DNA of 63,002 nucleotides, filler included, from Intoshia linei (taxonomy: Eukaryota; Animalia; Orthonectida): the NCBI GenBank assembly GCA_001642005.1. It is 6 parts of 6 records of this genome, joined end to end, with 100 filler letters (N's around TTAATTAATTAA, not from the genome) between each part and the next. Parts side by side here need not be neighbours in the genome. Positions count along the whole stretch, not along the records: positions 1 to 30,995 come from LWCA01000349.1; 5 more parts are not named here. One strand, given 5' to 3'. Below the pieces are notes generated by a model. The model saw nothing but the letters and a program-made list of their open reading frames with translations. It searched no databases and had not been told where the DNA came from. Made by a program: the position numbers and the translations under genes. Shown here one piece after another: positions 12,790-26,505 of the stretch (its first letter is position 1; the number at the start of each line of letters is the position of its first letter).

Positions 12790-13547
12790 TTTAATTCATT
12801 TTTCGTTGTGTATCACTATTTTCTGCTACTAAGCTATTTTCATGTTATCAACGCAAATTTAAGAATCACAAGGACTGTTATGAATCTAACTATGACATTA
12901 TCACTATCGTACATAAGGTTTGAATATAAGAATGAATAGTGTCTGTGTGACAGGTGGATAATTATATCAATTATTTCGGTTGTGCTTTGAATCCCAGTTT
13001 TTCAGTAAAGGTGAATTCATCGGAATTCATCACCATAACAGGATAGGGTTCAGGAACCTATAATAAATGTTTTCATAAATTTTCCCATAGGATGTCTACC
13101 TTGGAAAAGGTATTAGATTTTTATGTAGCAAATATACTTTGTTGATATAGATTTGTAGTACATCAAATGTATGATTCAATCGGAATTATCCAAAAACTGT
13201 GATACATAATACAGTACTGTACTATACTGTAATTGTATGTGTAAAATTAAAATGTTCAAATCAATTGAAATTTTATAAGCGTTTAAATTTTAGGTCGTAT
13301 CAGAATAGTGTAGAATAATACATTACATTCTTATCACAATAAACATATAAAAAAATCCAATGTTGGCAGCATTTGTTACATGCACAAAATTGATACAATA
13401 TAAATGTTTCCAAGTAAACAAATTTGGGAAATAAATTAATTCAATAAAGTTTATTAACTAATAATATTAATAATAAAATAACTATATTAGAAATCAACAA
13501 TTATAAAATTTATTTGAAAAGTTTAAATTTCAAATAAATTGTATTAC

Positions 13548-16416
13548 ATGGATTCTAAAAAGGATAAACCGATTCAATCGACAGCTGGAGCAATTTCATA
13601 TAGAAATGTAAAAGGTATATACTTTTGTATGATTATTTTTACATTCTCTATAATAAGTTAGGTTTTTATAACCAGCAACTACAATTCTGGCATTATCAAT
13701 TTTTTTTAATTATATAAATGACCAATTTGTAAAATGTAAATTGAATACAATAACGCTTGTGAGTCTCACAAATTTTAATTTTAATATTTAGAACTAAGTA
13801 CTCGAGAAAAAGTGATTTTTCATTAATGGTTGCTAAAATTTTGATGTTATGGTTGGATTAAGAGTTTTTTCTCGTAATGTTTGGTAAAATCGAAGTTTTT
13901 AATGTTGTACCGAAATTTGTTTAGAACTTTTAATATGTACCCGGAAATAAAAGTTTGGGAATCATTGTATTAAATATTATACATAGAAGGTACTCAGCGA
14001 TAATAAGTATAATATGACAATAGAGTAAAATTTGAGTAACGGCAGATATAAAATAGTCGACTCTGTTTACTTGTGGAAAAAAGTTCACTGGTCCTGCTAT
14101 TTCCTTAATTACTTGAAAAAGAGTGAAACTAGTCACTATATTTCAAAAATATACCTGTATTTAGTAAAACTACATCTTACGTTAATATTAAAATTTAGGG
14201 GAAGTAGCCATGAAGAAAGTTAAGGTTAATCGTTATGTGGCGGGAAAGCGGTATATTTAACATTTATGAATTAATTATTAACTATTATATTACACTACAT
14301 CAGTGTTTCTCAACTATATTAAATAACGAAATAAAACTACCAGCAAATGTTATGTGTGCCCGGTGAAAAACTGAAAACGAGCTCTATTCCATATCACACA
14401 CGGTTAAAAAATGAGTTAAATCAAAATTTTTTGTTTTTTCTACCGAAACAACTTTGTTTCTTAAATTTGCAACACCTCTATATAGTATATACTTACTATA
14501 AATTTTCAAACTCATCGTATATATTTTTAATCAAAACTACACATTAATAATTTTGTTGTGGAAAAGTTATCAAATGTGAAATTTAGACCAGAATATGCGT
14601 ATGGTAGTGATGAAAGTAGTCATTATTCTGACCAAGAAAACGAAGATGACAAGAAAGTGATTAAAAATGATTCAGAAAATACCACAATTATACAAACTGC
14701 ATCTTTTACTTTCACAGAAGACGTACAGGCCGCACGAGTTGATAGATTAAACCGTATTCTCGAAGAAGAGTCGAATGATAAAGACTTTGCGGATGATCCT
14801 ATGGAACGAATAATTCAACACCGTCGAAATGTTGTATGTGAAGACGATGAAGATATGAACACTGGACCCTTTGTAAATAAAAATAAATACATTGAAAGTA
14901 GCGACGAGGAAGAAGATACTGATAGAGTAATTTAATAATATATTTATAATACATTTGTGATTAGAGTATTACTGAAAAACGTAAAAAGAAGCTTAACATT
15001 GTCAAAGAAAAACATGTGGAAGAGGTACTTTAATTTTATATTTATTTAATTTTCTTTAGGAGCTGTTACCTATTGAAGATGAGGAATCTGACGAGAAATC
15101 GGAAGAAAGTGATTTGTATGAAGAAGAAAGTGAATATGAGTATGAAGATGAAATTGCTGCACCAAGATTGAAACCGGTCTTCGTAGTAAAGTAAGTTGTA
15201 AATTTTGTAAAGCATTATACACATACATGGTATAACTGTTTAATTTTCATGTGTAAATTAACATGCACGAAATATTTGGTATTATTTATGTTGATTTGCT
15301 AATAATAAATTCTAGTACAGTTATTTTTCAGTGTTTTATCATAAATTCATTCTTGGAAATTTACATCTTGCCGACCAAAAACATATTTTGAAGACTAAGA
15401 GTTCCGCATATCGATGGTGCATTTCTTTTCTGAGAAATCAAAAATCTAGGCTTTAATCTCAGAAATTGACCTCTGGATTTTTTCCCATCGTCATAAATTG
15501 TTTTACTAAGTTATATTCAGTTTAAAATTTTTTAAAGGGATTAGCGTTTTGGTGAAATAGAAATCTGTAGTTTTAAGTTTAATATTTTAAGAACCAGGTA
15601 TATAATATATCCCAATAATGCAATGTCTGTAATATTTAATTTTAGATCCGATCGAATAACCACACTAGAAAAAGAAGAAATAGAAAAAAAGGAAGCTCTA
15701 ATTCTAGAACACAAAAAGCGTGCAGATCGACTAATTAAAAAACAAACCGTTGATCAGATTAATTCAGACGTGAATAATTTCGCAACTGAACAGAAAGCTA
15801 ATGACAAAAATCGATTATTAAGAGAAAATGAAATTGAAGCCTTAGAGGTTTTAAATACAGACGATGAAGATGATAACATGGAGTTGTATGAAGAATGGAA
15901 ATTGAGAGAGGTTTGGTTTTTATTAATTTTTTATATTTGATTTAGTTAAAACGTATAAAACGACATCGAGACGAATTGGAATCTCATCAACGAGAACAAG
16001 CAGATATTGATAAACTCCGAAGTATGTCTGAAACGGAAAGAGTAATGGCTCTCAAACAAAACCCTAGAATAGTTACCAATAAAGCAATTAAAGGAACCTA
16101 TAAATTCCTTCAACGTTATTTCCATCGCGGTGCATTTTACATGGATTCTGAAGAATCTGTCTATAAACGAAACTTTGCTGAACCAACGTTAGAAGACAAA
16201 TTTGACAAAACGGTTCTTCCTGCGGTGATGCAGGTTAAAAATTTCGGAAGGGCGAGTAGAACAAAATATACTCATCTTGTTGATCAAGACACTACTGATT
16301 TTGAATCTGCATGGGCTGCAGCTAGCGCTCAAAATATCAAATTCCACTCCGGTTCAGGAGGTGGAACGAAAGATTCTTTTACTCGTCCCAGTCAACAAAA
16401 AAGAAGGAACCGTTAA
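13548..16416 (+). CDS. MFAP1: Microfibrillar-associated protein 1 (spliceosomal B-complex factor), multi-exon
   Basis: Exon 1 MDSKKDKPIQSTAGAISYRNVKG, exon 2 EVAMKKVKVNRYVAGKR. Later exons PRLKPVFV, YEEWKLRE, KFLQRYFHRGAFY, DKTVLPAVMQVKNFGRASRTKYTHLVDQDTT. GT-AG introns. Confidence 0.95.
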
Positions 16417-16912
16417 TCAATATTGAAATTTTGTATATAAATTTGTAATCCATTAAATACGTACCTTAAATAACTGATTTTCCAATATGCATTAATTTTG
16501 TACAATTTACATTGTACATTTATGACTTATAATTCTAAAAATCCTTAACTAAAAATTTTTTAAGTATTGGCTGTTTTATATTGGTGGTTAGTTATCTTAT
16601 CAACACAATACTAATATTTTTTCAGCATACACATCTCCACCTCTGCCGTACATAACAAAAAAGGTAAGCAAAATTTTTTCAATTTTACAGTTAGTAAAAA
16701 CATTTTAAATGAGAATTTGCTAATTATTAGATTATGATGATCTTTATTATAATGGAATAGTTATAAAGTTGTACTTTTTGCTTACTATATATACACAAAG
16801 ATATTTCATTTATGAGCCTCATAATATAAGCTACCAATACAATTATGTAAACATTGTTTCTTCATTCATGATCCTATTTACAGTGTTAAATAGTATATTA
16901 AAACCAGGTTAG

Positions 16913-17031
16913 TAATACGGCCATACCAAGATGGAAACACCTGTTCTCGTCTGATCACAGAAGTTAAGCATCTTCGGGCTTGGTTAGTACTTGGATGGGT
17001 GACCGCCTGGGAAGACGAAGTGTCGTATTTT
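16913..17031 (+). rRNA. 5S ribosomal RNA gene
   Basis: tacggccatacc...ctcgtctgatcacagaagttaagc...ggttagtacttggatgggtgaccgcctgggaa...gtcgta. Ends pair (aatacggc/gtcgtatt). Followed by a T6 Pol III terminator. Confidence 0.95.
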
Positions 17032-18729
17032 TTATAATTCTCTTTTCTATTTTAAAATTATTTTTATTTAAGAAAGTTTTAAACAAAATGAACCATTTTT
17101 ACCAATTAAAGTATCATTTAGAAACTAAATAAGAAAATTCTATCGGGTTCATTGGATTTGTTACTACATCAGTAACGTGAAATTCTTTGTCAAATTAGAA
17201 ATTGGCACAATTGCTATAAAAATTTCATAACACCAGCAATATTAATTAACCAGGGAATGATATCAATAGGCCAAATTGAAATTTGTAAATACATTTTTAA
17301 CGTTTAATTTTTTGTCTCTTTAAGCGAATTTTTTTTTGTTTCTTTAATTTTTCATTTATATTCGAAAATACAGGAAAATACATTTGCTATACTGCATTAC
17401 TCTTGAAAAACTTTATTAGAAATTGGGATTTTTAAATTCTAGGACTTGTTTTTACTTGTTAATTAAACGGTAACAGATATTTAATTTTATATCAATAAAT
17501 GATATTATTTTTTCTTAAATTTAACTTGTTTAAAAATGTAGATATACATCCACTCTCTATGCAACTGTCTATAGTTTGTAAAATTTAAAATTTTTTCAAT
17601 ATCAAAGAATTTTCAAGTGAATTTAGACGTCTGATTTCTAGGTGTTGTTTTAAACCTGTTATTTTGAAATTACATGAGTGTACTTTATACATTTTATTGT
17701 ATTGCAACTTTTTTCTCATAAAATTAGAAATAATTTTTTGCATATTTATACAGAGCGCAACTCATTGTACTAGAAACCTTCTCGGTGTAGCCCTTGACGA
17801 AATTATTGGAAAATATCTTGGTATTTCCAAATTGAATATTCAAAAATAAATGTATTAGTACGTCGGTATTTTTATTAATTCAACAGTTAGTTTAATAATT
17901 TATTCCCCTTAAAACTTTTTAGATCCCCTGATTGGCCTAATCACTCTACCTCATCATAATTGATAAACACCGGTTAACAGTGCATTCAGCAGATTGAAAA
18001 TTTAAAAACCAGATAAAAAATTCAATAAATAACATAATGTATGGCATGAAATTTAATAATTACACTTGTTTAAAAATGCGATCCATTACTTTAGATAAAA
18101 TTGCGTCAGACAATTTAAAATAAAAATATTCTATAAATACATTTATTGTATTAACATTAAAAACTAATATTTCAAGAATGGGGTAAAACATGACAAAACT
18201 GAAAAAACAGAACAAAAACAGTACTGAACGAAGTTACCAAATCAGATAAGTAGAAAATAATTTAAACTCGTCAAAAATACTAAAATAAAATCTATATTTA
18301 TCATTAATAAATCACATGTAATTTATCAATATTACGGACCATTTACAAACCGATTATTTTAGTATTAATTTATATTTAAGTCTAGACAGATAACGACTAT
18401 TAATGGAATTGTAACATGATTATTGATAATTTTACAGCATATAATGTGTGATTTCATTTATTAATTTTCGCTTAGTAATACAATTACAATATTTTTATGG
18501 ATATTTAACCGCTTTTATATTACAAATTTTAAAGTTGGATAGACAACGCAATCCTAAAAAGTAATTATTGTTTGTTTTTATTTTCTATTCTGTCATTACA
18601 ACATATAAAATGTTCAATGAACATTGCTCAAACTTGGTGATATAATATAAATTTGTGGCTCTTAATCTTAAAACCACACAGACTCCCATATTTTAACCTC
18701 ATTTACTTCTTAAAAATTTTTAAATTACA

Positions 18730-19506
18730 TCCTTACTTATATAAAACTCTTTTTTGTCTGTGTGTGTTTGTGTATCGTTTATTTTAATATCTAAGAGTCT
18801 TAGAATTTTATAAAGTCCACATTTCTATACAGTTTTTTTCGGGAGTGAAACTAAGATAAATTTCAACCTCCGAAACTTACATTTTACCGATCAAAAACCC
18901 CAATTATCCTTTTTTTGAAAATGAAGCGAGTTCAGCAATTTAAAAAAAATATAATATATCTTCAGGGCCAAAACCACAAATTATTTTTTTTTTTTAATGA
19001 AATTTGCCCTATAATTTAAAAAATTTTACAGGTGGTACAGTTTTATCCTGTTAACACACACAAAAAATTTTAATCTGAATAAGTGACGCCGTAACGGTCA
19101 AAAAAGCACTTTAGTATTCATATTTTTTTTATTTCTAAGCTATTTTATTAAAACAAAAAATGTGAAATCATTAACATTCCGAAAATTAAAAAAAAGTTTT
19201 TTCTGATAGAGCTTATTCCAGTTATTATAAATACAAAATTTATAATTACATTAAAACATATAACTAATTCCTTCGGAATTTTTTTCATTGCTATGCAATT
19301 TTTCAATCTCAATTTGAGATTCTCAAATACTCATTTTCAAAAAATTGAACGAAATTTATTTTAAAACTACAACAACTAAAAGTACAACTTTGTTATCATT
19401 ATTTTTGTATTTATTACAATGTTTTCGATGTTGAATTAATATTGATAAATTCCGCTCTCGGCAGAACTAGGTGCTGTTTATACGTAGTACAAAACAGCCA
19501 AGCTAG
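18730..19506 (+). mobile_element. Non-autonomous Helitron (full-length copy)
   Basis: Inserted between A and T, with a 5' TCCTTACTTATATAA start, a subterminal hairpin (tatacgtagtaca) and a 3' CTAG; no TSD. The family recurs about ten times in the window. Confidence 0.75.
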
Positions 19507-20199
19507 TCTAATATAAAATCTAATAACATTTTGTAGACTAATGCTTGATAATGGAAAAAATAAACAAATCAATTTCTGAGATAAATTAAGTTATATGAAA
19601 CCATTTGTTAAATGTATATGTCAAGCTGTAGACCCAAAACACGAATTTTAAAAGTTCACTAATAATAATCATTTAGTAACAGCCTTATCTAAATTTAACA
19701 AAAACCACAATTCAAGAAAACATTCGAGTTGTGCTTCGAACCGTGTTGCAAAACTTGACCGTCACGTTTGAATTTCAAATTTTTCGTAAATTTTATAAAA
19801 AAAATCAAGTTACAATTTACTTTGAAAGTTTATGTAAAAGTGTGGTTTAAAGTTTAAACACATCGCGACTCGCGACGCGTCGTATGATTCATAACGGGTT
19901 TTCTGCTGAGTTAGTTAAAAGAGTGGTTCGCGACCCAAATTTTTAAAGATTCATTTAAAGATACCGATTACCATTAATCGTTTAATCTAAAATAATTTGT
20001 TGATATTTAGTGACATTGGTTCAATAAAAGTAAATACTACAAAACGTATCACAAAAAGTTGTATTCTGTATTTGTCTTATTTTATAGTATATCCTCTAAA
20101 CATCTGCATTTAAAACAGCTAATTACATAAAATTTGAAACTACTACGTATAATTATGGATGTATAATTTAACGATAAAAATTAAATTTTATATTGATAG

Positions 20200-23078
20200 A
20201 TGGATCCAACTAAAAAAAACAATAATCGAAAAAAAAATAAAACGGGTAATAGATATATGCATTATGGAATTGATAAAGATGTATACTATCCAGCTTTACG
20301 CGACTGGAATGTTCCAATAGTAAGTTATACAAATATTTAACATTGCTATTTAGTGTACAAATTTTTAGTGTAAATAAAAGTGTAAAATATAAAAAATTAG
20401 TCTAATTACATTGTATAATTATAGACATAAAATTAAAAAAAATTAAGATTACTATTATTAATTTTATTTAAAAACTTAAAAGCCAGCTTAGAATGAAGAA
20501 TACAACAAACAACGAGAAAAGATGTACAAATTAATGTTTGATAAAAAATCAACAATCCGTCCAATCTGGAAATGTAAAGTTAGCGATGAAGTTGAACAGT
20601 TAAACCTGATAGAAGTTGGCAATAATCAACCAGAAACATACCCTGAAAGCGATAAGGAATTATTAAAAAAAGCATACCCTAAAATTGATTTCGAAAAATT
20701 AGACATAATGAACAAAATAAACTTTGAAGATTTAAATAATATGAATGAATTAAATATTGAAATTACAAACAAATTACTTTTAAAGAAATTTAATAATGAT
20801 ACTAATTTAAAAGTTGATTTAATTGGTGTTACATCAGAAATTGCCGAAAAAAAAATTATCAAACGCAAAAAAAAACCACCAGTAGTATCAATTTCGGACC
20901 CAGAATTTTATATTGAACAAAACAAGTCACGTCAAATTTTAAACCTTTTTAAATATAAAAAAATTTTCAAAAAAAGTGAATGTAAAGAAAACAAAATTGT
21001 AGAGAAAAATAAGCAAACTAAATCCAATGAAAATAATTTTACTTTGATTAGTAATTTGGAAGCATTAAATTTAGAAAAATATAAAAATAAATCGAAATTT
21101 GATCATGTATTCAGTAACGAATTTAATAATCTGTTTGATAAAAAAAATTGCTTGAAGAGATGTGGCACGGACATTGAAAATGGTATTGAAATTAAAGAAA
21201 GAAAGAAAAGTTTACCATCCTTAAAAAGCTTAGAAAAGCAGATTGAACAAAATAGACTTTTACCTGAATATCACAAGAGAAAAATGCTTTCAAAACCTCA
21301 TACTAAATTACATCATTTGTCACCCTATAGACATTTCACGAATTTTTTGGACAATTGTTCATTAGAAACGCATGATACAAAAAATACAGCTACACCCGGA
21401 AAACATTCATACATGAAAAGTCCTATTAAACCTAATACAAAAAATTACCCATCTGAAGACATTCTTCGCTATTCAAAAGCACTTCAGTACAATTTGGAGA
21501 TTTTAAACCCTCCATTAGAAGAAGGTGAACCTCTGAATGAAATGGAGGAATCCATATTAAAGTATAAGGACAAAAAGAAACCTACTCCAGAAAGAATTTC
21601 ATCTAGTGGTTACATGACCAAAAATTGTTTGAACGTAATGAAAAAGAAACCAAACATTCGTCGTAATCTCCCCGACTCATCGTCGAAAACTCTTGATGCA
21701 CCAGGCTTAAATGCAGAATTTTGCTCTCACATGCTGGACTGGAGTGTTAAGAACACGATTGCTGTAGTTTTATCCAATGATATTTACTTTTGGAATGCAG
21801 AAACTAACATTGTAGATAAATTCAACATTAAAAAAAATGTTGGAAGTGTTAAAATTATGGCAGTGAAATGGTCGGAGGACGGTGAAATTTTAGCTGTAGG
21901 GATGGACAAGGGATTACAATTTTGGTCTACCGATCCGCAAATTTTAATTGGGCAAATTAAACCGTATGATGAAATTACCGTAATGGACTGGAATAGGTCT
22001 CTGTTGGCTGTTGGTACGAAAAAAGGACACATTGATATTATTGATACTCGATTAGTTATCTGTTGGAAAGGAAAAAACGTGAGTTGTACTTATTCACATA
22101 CTCGCACTTTTGTTCAAGAAATTTTGTCTAATCAATGTAGTCAATCTTTAAAATTAAAAGGACAGTGTCATTATCAAGATATTTTATATCCTTACACGAA
22201 AACAGTACAGAGTCGACATAAATCAATTGTTCGACATTACATTCACCATACTGATTCTATATGTAGTATTGAATGGTCACCGGATCGGAATTATTTCGCT
22301 TCAGGAAGTTTAGATAAAACTGCAGCGGTATGGTCTTTTTCTGCTAGTGATTATAAAAATATTTTGAAAGGTTGGAAAGATTTATCAGACGAAAATATTG
22401 AAAATGCTAAAAATGTCGACATTTGTAATGAATATTCTTGCTATTGTAACAATAATAACCCTCAGCTTAAATTAGAGTTTTATAACTTTTTAAAAGAAAT
22501 GGGCAGTAATTGGAAACCCATTCATGTTTATACTCAAACAACAAACTTTGTAAGGTCTGTGTCGTGGTCACCCCATTTTTATTGTCTATTGAATGTTACT
22601 GATACTGATGGGAATATTTTTGTCTTTGATACCAACATGTCAAAACTTATGAAGCACAAAAAAACTGAATCTCCAATATATAATCTCATTTGGAATCCTT
22701 TTCAAAATGAATTTGTATGATTTTTACATGTTTTTATTTTTTAATTCTTTTTAAATTCTAATTAATTTTTCGTAATTTAATTATTTTAGATTACAGTAAA
22801 TGGCAGTAATCATAATTTGACATTATGGAATTTCAATAACTTTGATGTGTTGGGAAGATTGACGGGACACAAAGATGCACCACTTTGTAGTGCATTGTCA
22901 CCTTTAGGTGAACTTGTTGTAACAGCTTCGAACGATGAAACTCTGAGGTTTTGGAAAATGTTTAGTAGTAAGCAAAGAATTAAGGTAAATATCTTTAATT
23001 TATAGTACATGTATTTTTTTTAATTTAATACTTTAGGAAAAACATTCGCCCTTGAAATTATCTTATGCTTTAAGATGA
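20200..23078 (+). CDS. Divergent CDC20/Fizzy-family APC/C co-activator-like WD40 protein (~860 aa, 4 predicted exons)
   Basis: RNLPDSSSKTLDAPGL...LDWS..N.IAV.L...IYFWNA marks the propeller start; GH....L....SP.G..VVTASNDETLRFW is the last blade; spliced C-terminus ends ...SYALR* (IR-tail-like). Predicted exons 20200-20319, 20492-22714, ~22790-22984, 23037-23078. Confidence 0.85.
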
Positions 23079-24249
23079 TTCGTTTTATTTACATCAATTT
23101 AATATTTGTTTTTATTTAAATTACCAACTGTATATTATTGTTTTATTAATAAACTGTAACTTATAAAATTGCGTTAAAATGTTTACAATAAAGTAAATGT
23201 TGCGAAATATGTTTGTATCATGATTTATTTTGAAATTTGACAGTCCCAGAAATTTAAAAACCCAAATTCAAAGTCAGTATTTCGGTATAGCATTAAGAAA
23301 TTTATCAATTTAATTCAATTATTTGTATCTTTACGACCAAATCCCAATTACATTTATTAAAAATGAAAAAAATGTAAAATTTTAGAAAAATAAAATTATT
23401 GGTAGTTTTATAGATTATCAACATTGACATGAATTGTAAACTCAAAAACTTCTATTCCCATCCCATGATGAAAACTTCAAATTATCCATTATTTCGAAAA
23501 ATAAATCAAAATAAAAACCTAGCAATCTAAAAAAAATCGCAGCCATTATATTTGTATCGATTTGACTTGAACAAAAAATGTCAATTTGACCAACTTATGA
23601 TTTAACTGTAAAAATATCAATTTACATTTTTTGAATAAAAATTTGAAAATTTAAGTTTCTAAATTTTAATAACTCATATTTTAATAAAATATTTTAGTCA
23701 ATGCAATCTCATAAAAGTTTATTATCTAAAATTTGAACTTTCATAGTCAAAATTCTAGAAATTGAAAAAACATTTAGAATTACTGATGTACACATTGTAG
23801 ATTGTATTTCATTTTAAGTCACTTTTAGAAAATAACACTAGGGTAACATATTATTTATTTTTTTTATGCTTTAAATACAATTTAAATAATGTAAATAGCC
23901 AGAATTCGAGAAATTAAATCGTTAATAAAATCCAAAAACATTCAGTTTTCAGTCTCATTGGAATCAGTTTTTTTTATCAATTCGGCGTTCATGATTCGCT
24001 AGACGATAATTTTGCGCATCTTTATAGCTATTTGTATAAAAAATTTTATATTTAAAATAATATTTTTAAGATAATTGTCATATATTTGTTACTGTGTGCG
24101 ATATATTGTTTAAAACTTTAGAGGCGATGCCCCAGGGTTTTTTAACCGTTGAGAGGTAAGATTGGGTGCAAATTGAATATTTTCAAAATGTTTATATGGT
24201 GGAAAAGTGCAATTTTGATATAAAAATTCGTTTACACCCTGATATATAG

Positions 24250-26120
24250 CACTGGTTATCAAAATAACATTTTTTAAAATCATCCCGGCTGATTTTTAAA
24301 TATTATATAGTTTCTGGCCTTCATAGCAATTGAACCAATTTTTGAGGTTCAATAAACTCTATAAACTGCCCTTTCGTCACTTGACATTTGGTAAATTAAA
24401 ATGAATTTTAGTTTATTTTCAAAATTATTTTTCCATCTAAGAATTTTATAAAATTAATATTTTTTTAAAAGAATTCTTTATATACTTTTGCTGAATGAGT
24501 ACACATAGAAAAAAATTTATTTATCGGTAAATTTGTATTGGTCATTTTTTCTACCATCCCTGCTAATTTGTTGGTAAGATTCTAGATAATTTAGGTAACT
24601 ACATTTTCAATATGGGTTTTATATACCTGTGAACTCTAGAAATAAGCAAAAAATAAATTTAAAAATATTAAAAAAAAACAAATTAAATTATTCATTTTTT
24701 GACATCCATAAATAGTCACAAATAATATTTACATTGAATTTTTTTGAATATCTTTTTTCATATATGAGCATGGTTTGGTGGAATCTTTCACCATGTTCGT
24801 CCGAAAAAGCAACACTATTGACGGGAAAAGAAAAAGGGTGGCGCTAAAAGTAATGCATCTTAGGGCTTAAAACACATCCCATTTTTTTGAATGCTTTCAT
24901 CATTTTTTGTATATAAGTCCCATTATAAGAGGTTCTTATTATCAGAAAATTGGTACACACATCTTTAAATGCTAGCCATGCATCTTTTTGATCTATACTG
25001 AAACTATCAGCCAAAGTGGTGCTTTTAAATAGAAGCCGTAATTCAGGCCCATTGACAACACCGTTTAAAAGTTTTAAATCAGACAAAAAATATAAAATTT
25101 GTTTAACATGTTGATTAATGGTTTTTATACCATTTGGGAGTTTTTGCAACGCACATAAGAATTGTCTTGCCAGACCCAACTTCACGTGTAGAGGTTTAAT
25201 AGGCATTAATATTTTGGAAATATCATTTCTTTTGGGTCTTTCGTGTTATAGAGCCAATAGTTTGAAGATTTTATATAAACTTTATTGAAAAAATAAAATT
25301 TTGTTTCTTTATTAACAATATACATCAGTGATGGCAAAAGTTGTTTTAGTGTACAAATAGACAAGATAAAAATTTACACTTGACCTATTTTCTAATTTTA
25401 TCAATAATTTATTTCCAATTGTTATAAAATTGTATTTTATACTAAAAATAACATTAATAAATTTAATTTTTAATCAAATACCTAGAAAGTGCAAAAAAAA
25501 TGACAATTAATCAATGAATTAAAAAATACATAATTAATGTTTAATTGTTACAATACGCTTATTAAATGGTTACATAGTATTATAAAAATCTGTATAAGAT
25601 TTGAAATCTAAAATAAAAACTTTTTTAAAAAATTTATCCTTCCTTATCGATAATACTTTGCTACACGGGGCTGAACATCTCCATTTATAAACATCTATAC
25701 ACACCTTTTTGGAAAAAAACATCTGCCGGTTGCACAATGGACATACCTTACAATGTAAGGCTTACATGAACTCATTAGACCTATTCACAAATAAAATAAA
25801 TTAAAATAAGAAAAACCGAATTAATTGCAAAAAGTTATGCTTGCTTTAATGTTTTTAGTTGCAATATAGAGATTTTCCAAATTATAATCATCTAAACTCG
25901 GAATATCCATGCTCATTATAAAAAGTACGATAAATTCAATAAACTATAATTCAATTTGGTGGTTTTATGACAATATTTATTTTTTTAATAAAGTTTATAT
26001 AAAATCTTCAAACTATTGGCTTTAAAATACGAAAGACCCTTTCTTTTTATACTTGATCACTATTATACCTAAGGATGTTCAAAAATATAATTTTTCATTT
26101 TTTTTGAGACACCTTAATGT
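24250..26120 (-). mobile_element. Chapaev3-like transposase pseudogene (C-terminal half), interrupted by a Merlin element
   Basis: PLHVKLGLARQF...GPELR...AWLAFKDVCTNFL...SPKMHYF*...SDEHGERFHQ...EKRY...DYLW motifs. CACTG terminus at 24250. Right boundary uncertain. Confidence 0.75.
25234..26039 (-). mobile_element. Merlin (IS1016-like) DNA transposon, internally deleted
   Basis: ~60-bp TIRs starting GGGTCTTTCG and an 8-bp TSD tttctttt. Zinc-ribbon fragment CPLCNRQM...DVYKWRCSAPCSKVLSIRKDKFF on the minus strand. Confidence 0.75.
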
Positions 26121-26505
26121 ATACTGTTGCAAAATCAAAGAAATTCTGTTTTTGCGAAAAAAAGTTGCAAGTTGCAACACAATAAAATTTATCAAGCAGT
26201 AATGTACAAATTTAGTTTAAAAAATTAAATACCTTAATTATCGTTCACAATTATAAAATATATTTTCTACATTTTACTCTACAAAATTGTAGAATCAACA
26301 CATCTTACTTGACAATCTTGAAATCATTACATTGGAGTAGATTAAAATTAATTTGAATTGAGTTTTGAACAAAATATAAATAAAAAAATGCATTAAAATA
26401 TTAATTTATATTGACATATAAATACTAAAATTTAACAACCTTAACAACTTGATGAAAATTTTAACAATTTTTTCGCACTTTATTTTTAGTGACTAAATTA
26501 ATATA

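Noticed and set aside
17100-19900. Slightly GC-richer patches suggesting a decayed gene or retroelement
   Set aside because: No continuous frame or diagnostic motif could be established.
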